A stretch of DNA of 64,000 nucleotides from Candidatus Fermentibacterota bacterium. GTDB lineage: Bacteria > Fermentibacterota > Fermentibacteria > Fermentibacterales > JCC-6. Numbering within the stretch: the first letter of the stretch is position 1; the number at the start of each line of letters is the position of its first letter. The notes under the pieces were generated by a model. It made no database searches and was not told where the DNA came from. It saw nothing but the letters and a program-made list of their open reading frames with translations. Made by a program: the position numbers and the translations under genes. The stretch lies in contig CAWJQI010000004.1 of the NCBI GenBank assembly GCA_963845085.1, positions 672,001-736,000 on the forward strand, read 5' to 3'. Below, one piece after another: positions 26,727 through 36,269 of this stretch.

Positions 26727-28564
26727 GCGGCGGCACAAGAAATTACGGGTCGAGTTTCGGGGCACCCGACGCCGGGACCATGATGAAACCCCGCCGTCCG
26801 GCAGCCATTGGGAGGGTGGAGGAAGCGCGGGATGCCAGGAACGCACTGCGCAGGCTTGCGGGGTATCTTTTACCGTTCAGGGGCGGTCTTCTGGTTGTTC
26901 TTTCCCTGGTCATCGGGTATACGGTGCTCGGTCTCGCAGGCCCGTGGCTCATGGGTGTCGCCATCGACAGGCATGTGATGCCCCGCCATCCGGAGGGCTT
27001 GCCGCTTCTCGCCATGCTCATGCTGGCCTCGTTTCTGTTTTCAAACCTGCTTCACGCGGTTGCCGGACGCAAGATGGCGTCGATTTCCCAGAATGCCCTC
27101 ATGCTTCTCAGGAGGGACCTGTTCAGAAAGCTGCAGAGCCTTCCGATAGGCTTTTTCGACAGCACTCCCGCCGGTGATCTCATGAGCAGGCTAACAAACG
27201 ACATCGACGCGATCAACCAGGCCGTCTCACAAAACGTGACTGCTCTCTTCGCAAGCGTCCTCTCACTCGCCGGGATACTCACAGCCATGCTGATCCTGGA
27301 CGTACCGCTGACACTTGCAGCAATGGCCGTTATCCCTTTCATGCTCTTCTTCACCGGATTCGTCGCCAGGTACACAAGGCGGGGGTTCAGGGACCTTCAG
27401 AAACAGCTCGGCGGGATGAACGGCTTGATGGAGGAAGCGATCGGCGGACAGAAGGTGATCACCGCCTTCGGACGGAACAGCGACGTGCAGGAGGAATTCG
27501 ATGTCAGGAACGACAGCGTATTCCGCTCCGGAGTGAAAGCCAACAGCTACGCCCTTCTTCTGATGCCGGTGAGCAATGCACTGGGCAACGTGTTCATAGT
27601 CGTGATGGCCGCCTTCGGAAGCTGGCTGGCCCTGAGGGACCTTGTGACGGTCGGAGTGATAGCCACATTCGTTACATACGGACGCAACTTCGTTCAGCCG
27701 CTGAGGCAGCTCGCCAACATGTACAACTCGATCCAGGCGGCGCTTGCCGGGGCCGAAAGGATTTTCGAAGTGATCGACCGGCCGCCGGAACCAGGCATGA
27801 CCGGCACGGGCTGGAGCGGCAGCGTGGCGGGGGATGTTGATTTCGACGGGGTTGGTTTCTCCTACGTTCCGGGAACCCCTGTGATTTCGGGTGTTTCGTT
27901 CCAGGCGGAACGCGGGCGAACCATAGCGCTCGTCGGCCCCACGGGGGCGGGCAAGACAACCATCATCAACCTTCTGGAACGGTTCTACGAGGCTGACGAA
28001 GGGCGCATATCCCTTGACGGGCATGACATCCAGGAGGTCGACAAGACCTGTTTGAGGAACAGCCTGGGACTTGTCCTCCAGGATACATTCCTCTTCGCCG
28101 ACAGCGTGATGGAGAATATCCGCTTCGGTCGGCTCGACGCGACCGATGAGGAGTGCATCGAGGCGGCAAGGCTCGCCGAGGCCGATCACTTCATCCGTCA
28201 GCTGCCCCAGGGGTATGCGACCGACCTTTCCGAACGCGCCGGCAACCTGAGCCAGGGCCAGAGGCAGCTGCTATCGATCTCAAGGGCGATCCTTGCCGAG
28301 CCTGCCGTACTCATCCTTGACGAGGCGACCAGCAGCGTTGACACGAGAACCGAGATGAGGATACAGAACGCCCTTTCACGGCTGCGGGCCGGCCGTACCA
28401 GCATCGTCATCGCCCACCGTCTCAGCACGATCCGCGATGCCGACCTTGTTCTCGTTCTCGACGGAGGGTGCATTGTCGAAAGGGGCAGCCATCGCGAGCT
28501 TCTGGAGGAAAAGGGTCTCTATTACTCTCTCTACATGTCCCAGTTCAAGGGCATGCAGATCTGA
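26723..28564 (+). CDS. ABC exporter, fused permease/ATPase (heterodimer subunit 2)
   Basis: GPTGAGKTT, LSQGQRQ, LDEATS and IAHRLST; an asymmetric pair of the TM287/TM288 type. Confidence 0.95.
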   Translation: MSGGTRNYGSSFGAPDAGTMMKPRRPAAIGRVEEARDARNALRRLAGYLLPFRGGLLVVLSLVIGYTVLGLAGPWLMGVAIDRHVMPRHPEGLPLLAMLMLASFLFSNLLHAVAGRKMASISQNALMLLRRDLFRKLQSLPIGFFDSTPAGDLMSRLTNDIDAINQAVSQNVTALFASVLSLAGILTAMLILDVPLTLAAMAVIPFMLFFTGFVARYTRRGFRDLQKQLGGMNGLMEEAIGGQKVITAFGRNSDVQEEFDVRNDSVFRSGVKANSYALLLMPVSNALGNVFIVVMAAFGSWLALRDLVTVGVIATFVTYGRNFVQPLRQLANMYNSIQAALAGAERIFEVIDRPPEPGMTGTGWSGSVAGDVDFDGVGFSYVPGTPVISGVSFQAERGRTIALVGPTGAGKTTIINLLERFYEADEGRISLDGHDIQEVDKTCLRNSLGLVLQDTFLFADSVMENIRFGRLDATDEECIEAARLAEADHFIRQLPQGYATDLSERAGNLSQGQRQLLSISRAILAEPAVLILDEATSSVDTRTEMRIQNALSRLRAGRTSIVIAHRLSTIRDADLVLVLDGGCIVERGSHRELLEEKGLYYSLYMSQFKGMQI

Positions 28565-28645
28565 CGATCCCCGCACCGCGGAATACTCCGGTCGCTGGTT
28601 TGTAGAACAGCAGTGAGCAAGCAGCCCGTTACGGAAGGAGCAGAG

Positions 28646-29368
28646 ATGTTTTCAGGAAATCAGTGGTTGCAGGCGGTATGCGCCTGCACGTTTCTGATCT
28701 GCGGATGCGGTCAGGAGCCCCCCGCCGTCGTCAGGCAGATCTCGGTGACAGGCACCGGGCTCGCCAAGGCCGATCCTGACATCGCCACGATCGTTTTCGG
28801 GGTCGATATCAGTTCCGAAGATCCCGCCGAAGCGGTCTCCGATGCCGCAGCCCTTGTAAACTCCGCTGAAGCGGCGGTTTTCGAGGCCGGGGTGGCAGAG
28901 GATGACATCAGTACTCAGAGCTACAGCCTCTGGATTGAGAACGTCTACGATCCGATCACCTACCAGTATACCGGCGAGCGCGTCTTCCATGTATCCCACT
29001 ACGAGACGCTCGAGGTGCGCGATCTCGAAACAGTGGGGGATCTGCTTGCAACCCTCGTCGAGTCCGGGATCAACACGATCAGCAGCGTAACCTTCCATGT
29101 CGAGGACCAGACGGCCCTCTACGACCAGGCCCGCCAGGCAGCCCTTGCGGATGCCGTAAGACGTGCCGAGGCGATCGCTGAAGGTCTCGGTGCAACTCTT
29201 GGCGAACCGGTGTACGTTTCCGAGTACGGTGGCGGATACACTGAGTTCGACCAGACGACCCTTGTCGCCGGATCAACCGGTTTGAACCGGATGGAGAACG
29301 CTCCGGTGTTCTCGCCGGGTTCCTTCTCAGCTTCGGCCAGCATGACTGTAACTTTCGAAATAGAGTAG
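28646..29368 (+). CDS. SIMPL (DUF541) domain protein, probable lipoprotein
   Basis: ISVTGTG..ADPD and ARQAALADAVRRAEAIA motifs; ends VTFEIE; ICGC lipobox-like. Confidence 0.88.
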   Translation: MFSGNQWLQAVCACTFLICGCGQEPPAVVRQISVTGTGLAKADPDIATIVFGVDISSEDPAEAVSDAAALVNSAEAAVFEAGVAEDDISTQSYSLWIENVYDPITYQYTGERVFHVSHYETLEVRDLETVGDLLATLVESGINTISSVTFHVEDQTALYDQARQAALADAVRRAEAIAEGLGATLGEPVYVSEYGGGYTEFDQTTLVAGSTGLNRMENAPVFSPGSFSASASMTVTFEIE

Positions 29369-29431
29369 GCGCAACCCCCACGAACAGCTGAGCGGGGGCT
29401 TGGTAAACATCGGAAAACCTCCGCCTCGTCT

Positions 29432-29461
29432 GCGGGCCCCCGGGATCAACCGGGGGCCCGC
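29432..29461. terminator. 12-bp GC-rich inverted repeat, possible terminator
   Basis: GCGGGCCCCCGG-GATCAA-CCGGGGGCCCGC between two plus-strand genes; no clear U tract. Confidence 0.5.
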
Positions 29462-29538
29462 TGTGCATAACAAGGCGTTCGTCATATACTTACATTGGTT
29501 TTCTAATATAACTTAGTCCGTCCCCGGAGGTGGTAATC

Positions 29539-31719
29539 ATGCTGTTTGTCGTGATGATGGCGCTTGGGATGATGGATGCGGAAACCGGCTCACCGGTCGC
29601 CGCGAACATGTTCGGGTACGGAATGGCTGCCACACCAGCGCCTTTCGTGATGGGTGAGGGTGAGTGGACAGGCAACGGTCCATGGGGAGGAAACCTCAAG
29701 GCACTGGTTGCATCCCCCGAGGACAACAGCATCGTCATTGCGGCCTGCGGTTTTTCCATGGCGGCGGATGCCGGCGGCGTGTGGAGGAGCACGGACGGGG
29801 GCGTAACCTGGTCAGCCACAAGCCTGTCCGGCATACAGGTGAACGATGCGTGCGCCGTTCCTCCTTCAACCTTCTACGCGGCAACCCGAACGGGTCTCTA
29901 TGTCTCGACGGACAACGGCGAGAACTGGGAAGTCGTCTCCGGGATGCCGACTCAGTACGTTATCAAGATCGGTGCATCCCCGTCCGACCCCGACCTTCTC
30001 ATAGCCGGCCTCTCCTCGAACACTGGAATCAGGCGCTCGACCGACGGGGGCGAAACCTGGCATGAGGTCGGTCTGAGCACCGGTTTCATGAAGGGCTTCG
30101 GCTGTGATCCGGACCATCCCGACACTCTGTATGTTGCCATGTCAGGCCTGTCCCAACCGCTTTACCGGAGCACCGACGGCGGTGCGAACTGGAGCCCTGC
30201 GGGGCCTTCCGGCTCCGGCTGGGGGCTGCTCGTGGCACCGTTCGGTTCCGGTGAAACGATCATTCTCACCCATGGCGACGGTTTCTACATGAGCGGGGAT
30301 TACGGTTCCACGTGGGATCTTGCGGTCACGGGCACGAGCTACGCGCCGGCGGTCTGCGACGGCGTCAACCTGTTCGCACCGGTCATTACGGCGGGCGGCG
30401 TTTATGAAAGCACCGACGGCGGTGCCACATGGAACCTGAACACTTCCGGAATAGTCGCTTCGTACTGGCAGGCCGGGTGTGCATCATCCGCAGGCTACCT
30501 TGCCGGTCATTACGGCGGCATCTACAGGTCCGGGACGCCGGGTGGCGAGTACACAGTGTCCCAGCACGGCATCGGGAACGCATTCATCCACAGCGTCTCG
30601 TACCTGTCAGCGACCGGTACGCTCTACGCCGGCGGCGAGTATCACGGCCTGTGGAAAAGCACCGATTCCGGGGAGAACTGGAACATCATCACACCCGGTC
30701 CCGCCAACTGGGTCATCTACGACATTCAGCCCAGGTCGGACCTCCATTACCAGGGGCCGGTGATGTACCTTGCAACTGCGGGCGGCGTGTACAGGTCCGA
30801 TGACTACGGTGACAGCTGGGCTCAGGCGGGTTTCCCGGGAACCCAGATATCGAGCGTTGCCTTCGATCCCGAAGATCCGCTCACCGCATGGGCAGGGGCA
30901 GCGACCACAGGGGTTTACTACACCTCGGACGGCGGCCAGAGCTGGACGGCGGGTTCGGGTCTTCCGTTCGCGCTCTATCCGATGATCGAACTTGTCGATC
31001 GGGAGGGCGGCGGGCTGAGGGTGCTCGTCTCGTTCCAGCAGAACGGGACGGGAGTGTTCTGGTCCGATGACGGGGGTATGAACTTCAGCCCCGCCCCGGT
31101 TCCGGGGTCGTATCACACGGGAATTTCAGCCCGATGGGGGGACGATGCCGTTGCGTACCTTTCCACCGACGGCGGGGTCTACCGCTCCTGGGACAGGGGC
31201 ACTTCCTGGGAACCATGCCCCGGTTCATCGGGCCTCTCCTGGGCTGTTCTCGGGGATGTCGATGAAAACGTGTTCAGCGCATCCAATGCCACCGGGGTGT
31301 GGTGGAGCCCCGACGAGGGCGGCACATGGCAGCCGCTGAACACCGGTATCGGGAACCGGTGCGTGTGGGACGTGGCCTACGGGGAGACACCCGGGCAGCT
31401 GTTCGCCGGTCTGAGGGGTTTTGGAGTGGTTGAACTCACGGATGACCAGCTCGGGATCCGGGAGCTGCCGTCGGCGCTTTCCGTCGCCGTCCGTCCAAAT
31501 CCTTCCCGTGGAAGCGTGACATTCACGGTCGGCGGAGCACGCTCAGGCCCTGTCACTCTCGGTGTCTACGACACGGCGGGGCGGCTTGCCGCCACCCTTG
31601 ATGCCTCCGACGGATCAACGACATGGGTCCCCGGCGCCGGGATACCTTCGGGCCTGTACCTGGTCAGGGTTTTCGACGACGGCGGGGCAGGGGTTGCACG
31701 GGTGGTGCTGCTTCAGTAG
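29539..31719 (+). CDS. Secreted BNR/Asp-box (VPS10/YCF48-like) beta-propeller protein with T9SS-like CTD
   Basis: More than 10 SxDxGxxW repeats; CTD RPNPSRG...VYDTAGR...SGLYLVRV...RVVLLQ. Confidence 0.88.
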   Translation: MLFVVMMALGMMDAETGSPVAANMFGYGMAATPAPFVMGEGEWTGNGPWGGNLKALVASPEDNSIVIAACGFSMAADAGGVWRSTDGGVTWSATSLSGIQVNDACAVPPSTFYAATRTGLYVSTDNGENWEVVSGMPTQYVIKIGASPSDPDLLIAGLSSNTGIRRSTDGGETWHEVGLSTGFMKGFGCDPDHPDTLYVAMSGLSQPLYRSTDGGANWSPAGPSGSGWGLLVAPFGSGETIILTHGDGFYMSGDYGSTWDLAVTGTSYAPAVCDGVNLFAPVITAGGVYESTDGGATWNLNTSGIVASYWQAGCASSAGYLAGHYGGIYRSGTPGGEYTVSQHGIGNAFIHSVSYLSATGTLYAGGEYHGLWKSTDSGENWNIITPGPANWVIYDIQPRSDLHYQGPVMYLATAGGVYRSDDYGDSWAQAGFPGTQISSVAFDPEDPLTAWAGAATTGVYYTSDGGQSWTAGSGLPFALYPMIELVDREGGGLRVLVSFQQNGTGVFWSDDGGMNFSPAPVPGSYHTGISARWGDDAVAYLSTDGGVYRSWDRGTSWEPCPGSSGLSWAVLGDVDENVFSASNATGVWWSPDEGGTWQPLNTGIGNRCVWDVAYGETPGQLFAGLRGFGVVELTDDQLGIRELPSALSVAVRPNPSRGSVTFTVGGARSGPVTLGVYDTAGRLAATLDASDGSTTWVPGAGIPSGLYLVRVFDDGGAGVARVVLLQ

Positions 31720-33119
31720 TAGCGGCTTCGGAAGTACTGGGTTATGTCGCGGGCGTACTCCCCGACAGTCATCCTGTAGGGGAATTCGCGCCGTTTGATG
31801 CAGTAGCCCTTCCAGAGCTTGTCCGCAAAGTCGTACAACCGGTCGAGGGGAAGCTTCATAAGCAGGGGCAGCATCCATCGCACCACTGGAAACTCTACAG
31901 CCAGGGCGAACAGCTTGCGCAGCCTTCCCACCCGGTTACCGTGGGGAAGCCTGAGAACTGAACGGTCGAAAAACGAGTCGGGGATCGTGTTTCCGGGCTC
32001 GAGAAAACCCTTCTCCACGCAGTAGTCATGAATGACGGTCCCCGGATAGGGCTGCAGAAGCGTGGCAAAACAGAAGGAGGGGCGGATCCGTCTGTTGAGG
32101 TCGAGCGTATCGATATCGTTGGCCATGTTCGAGCCCGGTATTCCCAGGATGTTCTGGGTCACAAGAACGATTCCCGCATCCTTCACCGCCCTGCAGGCGT
32201 CGGTCATGGTCTCGACCGACATGCTCCTCCGCAGAACATCGTTACGAAGGTGGTCGTCACGCGTCTCGATAGCCATTTTCACGCTGATGCACCCTGCGTC
32301 CGCGAGTGCCCTGGTGATCGCGGGGGTGACCAGGTTCGCCCTGAGATGACAATGGAAGGGCAGCCCGATCTCCCCGGGGTACCGTTCGCAGAACTCGCTG
32401 ACCCATTCCGGTTCCATGATGAAGATGTCGTCCTGGAAGACGATCATCTGCAGTCTGTCCATGGACGCCCTGAGTTCGGCCAGCTCGCCCAGAACGTTGC
32501 CCACGGAACGCCTGCGCCTCATTTTCCCGAGATTCCTGTAGAGACCCCTGTAGCTTTCGTTGAAGCAGTATGAGCACCCGTACGGGCATCCCCTCCCTGT
32601 TATCACGAAAACGGCATTTCTGTTGGCGCCGGGCAGAAGAAAACGGTCCGGAAAGGGAATTGAGTCAAGTTCCGCAACGAGCGGGAGCATGGGGGTCTCA
32701 CGGCATGTTCCGTTGTCCCGGTACATGAGGTTGCCGACCTCATGAAAACCTCTGCGCCCTTCAAGTGCATCAAGGAACTGGAGAAGCGACTCCTCGGCCT
32801 CACCCCTCATGGCGAAATCGAGTTCCGGGTGCTCCTGCATGACACCGGGGAAGAAGGTGGGATGCGATCCCCCCATGATGGTGGGAGCGTCCACCGACTC
32901 CCTGAGCCGGGCCGCAGCCTTCATGTACATTCCGTGGAAACCGGTCGTGCATCCGAACGCGATCAGGTCGGGCGACGCCGCACAGGCTTTCTCAACAAGC
33001 TCCCCGTCGCCTGTCACGAGGGCGGTGACCTCATGACCGTGCGCCTTGAGAATGGATGACAGGTAGCTTATTCCCAGGGGGAGCGTAATGTTGTCGTGGA
33101 CAAGAAACAGCACACGCAT
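31713..33119 (-). CDS. Cobalamin-binding radical SAM protein
   Basis: PLGISYLSSILK, GGSHPT and GRGCPYGCSYC motifs. Confidence 0.93.
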   Translation of the reverse strand: MRVLFLVHDNITLPLGISYLSSILKAHGHEVTALVTGDGELVEKACAASPDLIAFGCTTGFHGMYMKAAARLRESVDAPTIMGGSHPTFFPGVMQEHPELDFAMRGEAEESLLQFLDALEGRRGFHEVGNLMYRDNGTCRETPMLPLVAELDSIPFPDRFLLPGANRNAVFVITGRGCPYGCSYCFNESYRGLYRNLGKMRRRRSVGNVLGELAELRASMDRLQMIVFQDDIFIMEPEWVSEFCERYPGEIGLPFHCHLRANLVTPAITRALADAGCISVKMAIETRDDHLRNDVLRRSMSVETMTDACRAVKDAGIVLVTQNILGIPGSNMANDIDTLDLNRRIRPSFCFATLLQPYPGTVIHDYCVEKGFLEPGNTIPDSFFDRSVLRLPHGNRVGRLRKLFALAVEFPVVRWMLPLLMKLPLDRLYDFADKLWKGYCIKRREFPYRMTVGEYARDITQYFRSRYY

Positions 33120-33224
33120 TCTTCCTCCCTCGCCTTGCACTTCGGCGTACAATAATCGCCGGGCGTGACGATGGCTATCGTTCTTCGGGAGGATGTGAAA
33201 ACGGGAATAATGCCTTCCGCGCTG

Positions 33225-34979
33225 TCAGCGTGGAGGTTTCGGAACCCTGGGTTCCGATGTGCCTTCCGGGGGAGTGTCTCCGCCTGCCTGCTCGATGGCG
33301 ATCATCCCGAGAAGCCTGCCCGGCGCATCGCGCAGGGGCTGGGCGCTCACGGTGCACGTGCCTGCGAGGATCCGGAGAAGGACAGCCCGTGCTCCGCCCC
33401 GCTTCCAGCTTTCAACCGCTTCCGCGAGGGGAATGTGGTCTTCCGGATGGAGTATCACCGAGAGCTCCCTTCCCCTGACATCCTCGGGGGGGATCTCCAT
33501 CTCCCTTGAAAGCACAGGGTTGATGTAGACGACCGTTCCGTCGGAGTCAGTCACGATGATCCCGCGGTTCTCGGCTTCAAGCACAGCCCTGAAGAGGGCG
33601 CCGTTCCGCCTCAGTTCCTGCTCGGTCCTGTGTCTGCTGATCGCCAGGGCTACGTGTTCGGCGATCCGTGCGAACAGGTTGAGGTCGCCCGGAGTGTAGG
33701 CGTTAATGATGTCGTAGCTCTGCGTGGCGAGCACTCCCCACACCCCGGAGGAGTCCCTCAGCGGAACGCCCATCCACTGCTCGGAGGGGGAACCGACATC
33801 CCGCACCTGACCCTTGGAGATCATTTCCCTGTGAGCATTCTGATCCACAAGCCTTGGCTCGCCGCCGGTCCGGATCAGGTCGGTGAGGGTTCCGTCCATG
33901 TAGCCCGGAATCGTGAAGCCGACTGCTCCGTCATGCTGGTCGACAGCATACGGGAAGGAATAGGAGTTGTCCGCAGGATCGTAGAAGGCGAAATACAGGT
34001 TCGGCGTGTAGAAAAGCCGTGACAGCTGGGCGTGAATCTCCTCGAGAAGCCCGAACAGCGACTGGGCTGTGACTGCGGCATCGGTGATGGCGTGAAGAAC
34101 GGCCTGGATGGTCTCCGCCTTCTGTCTCTCCGCCACCTCCATGAGAAGCAGGTCATTGGCACGGGTGAGTTCCACGGTCTTCTCTTCCACCATCTCCTGA
34201 AGACGGTTCCGGTAGCGTCTGAGTTCCTCCTCGGCTTCCCTGCGCTGCGTGATGTTCAGCACCACGGCGTCGAACAGAATGGTTTCACCCGAGTCGCCCG
34301 ACACGCCGTAGGCGCTGATCGACACCCAGATCCTGCTCTTGTCACGACGCATCCAGCATGCCTCCATGCCCGAAACCGTGTCGTTGTCCATCAGGGCCTG
34401 GAGCATGCGCTCCCGGTCCGACGGATCGACCCATGTATCGGGAATGGATGCGTTGAAAAGCTCGTACTCGTTCTCGTATCCGAGCATGTCGACGAGAGGT
34501 CTGTTCACCGAGATGATGTTGCCGGAACGGGCGGCCCTGAAAAAACCCACCGGGATGCCTGGCGAAATGGTCACAAGGGACAGGTTCCTGTCGCGCAGGG
34601 TCTGCTCCATGAAACCCTTTTCGGTTTCATCCCTGAAGCTTGCGAGAACCATGCTTTCGCCCGCTTCATCAACCCTGAACAGCGACACCCTGTAGAGAAA
34701 GCGGAACTTGTCGGTATTGAGGGCAAGGCTGACCGGGGAGGTCCGGCCCTGAAGCTCAAGTTCGTAGAGCAGAGAGGGCAGAACCCCCTCGGACTGCTCC
34801 ATGACGGCGAGAACCCTGTCGAGGGACAGGTCGGGCTCCCTGCCGAAGGCGGCTGCGAATGCCTGGTTTGAATCAACGAGCTTCAGACGCCGGTCGAACA
34901 CCGCCAGGGCGGTGTCGTCCATGGTTCTGGCGTAGTGTTCGAGCGGATTCACCCCGGTCCCCCTTAAGCTCGAATCCAA
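33225..34979 (-). CDS. PAS/PAS/GAF/PAS sensor protein without a recognisable output domain
   Basis: PAC-like NITQRREAE, coiled coil, GAF (WMGVPL...GVLATQSY), and a terminal PAS (LHPED). Confidence 0.85.
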   Translation of the reverse strand: MDSSLRGTGVNPLEHYARTMDDTALAVFDRRLKLVDSNQAFAAAFGREPDLSLDRVLAVMEQSEGVLPSLLYELELQGRTSPVSLALNTDKFRFLYRVSLFRVDEAGESMVLASFRDETEKGFMEQTLRDRNLSLVTISPGIPVGFFRAARSGNIISVNRPLVDMLGYENEYELFNASIPDTWVDPSDRERMLQALMDNDTVSGMEACWMRRDKSRIWVSISAYGVSGDSGETILFDAVVLNITQRREAEEELRRYRNRLQEMVEEKTVELTRANDLLLMEVAERQKAETIQAVLHAITDAAVTAQSLFGLLEEIHAQLSRLFYTPNLYFAFYDPADNSYSFPYAVDQHDGAVGFTIPGYMDGTLTDLIRTGGEPRLVDQNAHREMISKGQVRDVGSPSEQWMGVPLRDSSGVWGVLATQSYDIINAYTPGDLNLFARIAEHVALAISRHRTEQELRRNGALFRAVLEAENRGIIVTDSDGTVVYINPVLSREMEIPPEDVRGRELSVILHPEDHIPLAEAVESWKRGGARAVLLRILAGTCTVSAQPLRDAPGRLLGMIAIEQAGGDTPPEGTSEPRVPKPPR

Positions 34980-35003
34980 GTTCGGCGGGTCAAGGAGTCA
35001 CAC

Positions 35004-36269
35004 CTAGATATAGCCAAGATCCTGAAGGATCTCATCCACCCTTGCCCTGTCGACGGGCAACGGGTCGTAGAGCGCAGGCGCAGACCAGTAGAGAAGTGCG
35101 GTATTGATCGCAGTCGAATCCGGCTGGACCGGATAAAACCCCTCTGGGCCGGCATCGAGGTCACAGGCCTCCCAGGTGTCGGTTACGGTTTCCCAGACTG
35201 TTTTCCTGCCGTCGTACAGAACCGCCACCGGCCAGAACGGACCTGAGTTGAGGTTGGATGCGATTACCGGCACGGGCGGGTTGCCCGCAAGAAGATCGAC
35301 CCCTTCGACGGGACCGGGCCAGGAAAGCCCGACAAGCGCGGCGAGGGTCGGAACGATGTCCACCTGGCTGACCGGATCGGAATGACGGCCCGGCGCGACC
35401 CCGGGACCGGAGATGACAAGGGGGACCCTGAGCACGGTCTGGTTCAGTGATTTGCCGTGCCAGATGCAGCCTCTCTCCAAGAATTCCTCGCCGTGATCAG
35501 CAACAACAATCACGATGGTGCCTTCCGCAAGACCGATCTCCCTCAGACCCGACAGGAGGCGCCCGAGCTGGTGGTCGACGTTCGCTATATCGCCGTCATA
35601 CAGGTCGATCAAATGGGACCTGAGATCGGGATCAGGCGCTTCCCCGCCTTCTCGGGTGTTCCAGTTGAAGGGAGGCCCCCCGGAACCGAACAGCGTGTCG
35701 AACGGCGCGGGCGGGTCGTAAGGGTCGTGGGCGTCGAAGAGGTGGACCATGACGAAGAACTCTTCGCCCTCCCCGAGTCCCGAAAGCCACGAAAGGCACG
35801 AATCTACCGTGGGGCCGGCATTGCTGAGCCCCAGGTGAGTGCTCTCGAAGCTTTCGTAACCCACATGCCAGCCGAACTCCTCTCCCAGCAGATAGTTGTT
35901 CACGAAGCCCGCCGTCCTGTAACCGGCGCTTTTCAGAACGACAGGAATGGTGGGCATGAGGGGATCAGCCCCCATTACCCTGCCGTCGGAGTAACGTCTT
36001 GCCCCGTGGCTCCTGGGGAGAAGGCCGGTCAGCACGCTTGCGCCTGCCGGGAGGGTCCAGGGAGCCGCAGCCTGGCACGCCGTAAAAGCGGCGCCCGTTC
36101 CCGCAAGACTGTCGAGGAACGGGGTGGTGTTCCTCTCGTACCCGCAGTATCCCACGTGGTCCGCTGCCACCGTATCAAGGATGACGAGGAGCACCGAAGG
36201 CCTGTCCCCGCCGGCGCAGGAAGCCAGCGCCGCCAGAAGAAGCAGGGCGAACGGACTACTCCTGTGCAT
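35004..36269 (-). CDS. Sulfatase-like (alkaline phosphatase superfamily) lipoprotein
   Basis: LASC lipobox; ILDTVAADH, PWTLPAGASVLTG, DAHDPY and ADHGE motifs; C-terminal LQDLGYI. Confidence 0.88.
   Translation of the reverse strand: MHRSSPFALLLLAALASCAGGDRPSVLLVILDTVAADHVGYCGYERNTTPFLDSLAGTGAAFTACQAAAPWTLPAGASVLTGLLPRSHGARRYSDGRVMGADPLMPTIPVVLKSAGYRTAGFVNNYLLGEEFGWHVGYESFESTHLGLSNAGPTVDSCLSWLSGLGEGEEFFVMVHLFDAHDPYDPPAPFDTLFGSGGPPFNWNTREGGEAPDPDLRSHLIDLYDGDIANVDHQLGRLLSGLREIGLAEGTIVIVVADHGEEFLERGCIWHGKSLNQTVLRVPLVISGPGVAPGRHSDPVSQVDIVPTLAALVGLSWPGPVEGVDLLAGNPPVPVIASNLNSGPFWPVAVLYDGRKTVWETVTDTWEACDLDAGPEGFYPVQPDSTAINTALLYWSAPALYDPLPVDRARVDEILQDLGYI

Noticed and set aside
24975..28564. ABC exporter pair as the RiPP transporter
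   Set aside because: It has no C39 peptidase domain, lies more than 30 kb away, and looks like a generic heterodimeric multidrug exporter.
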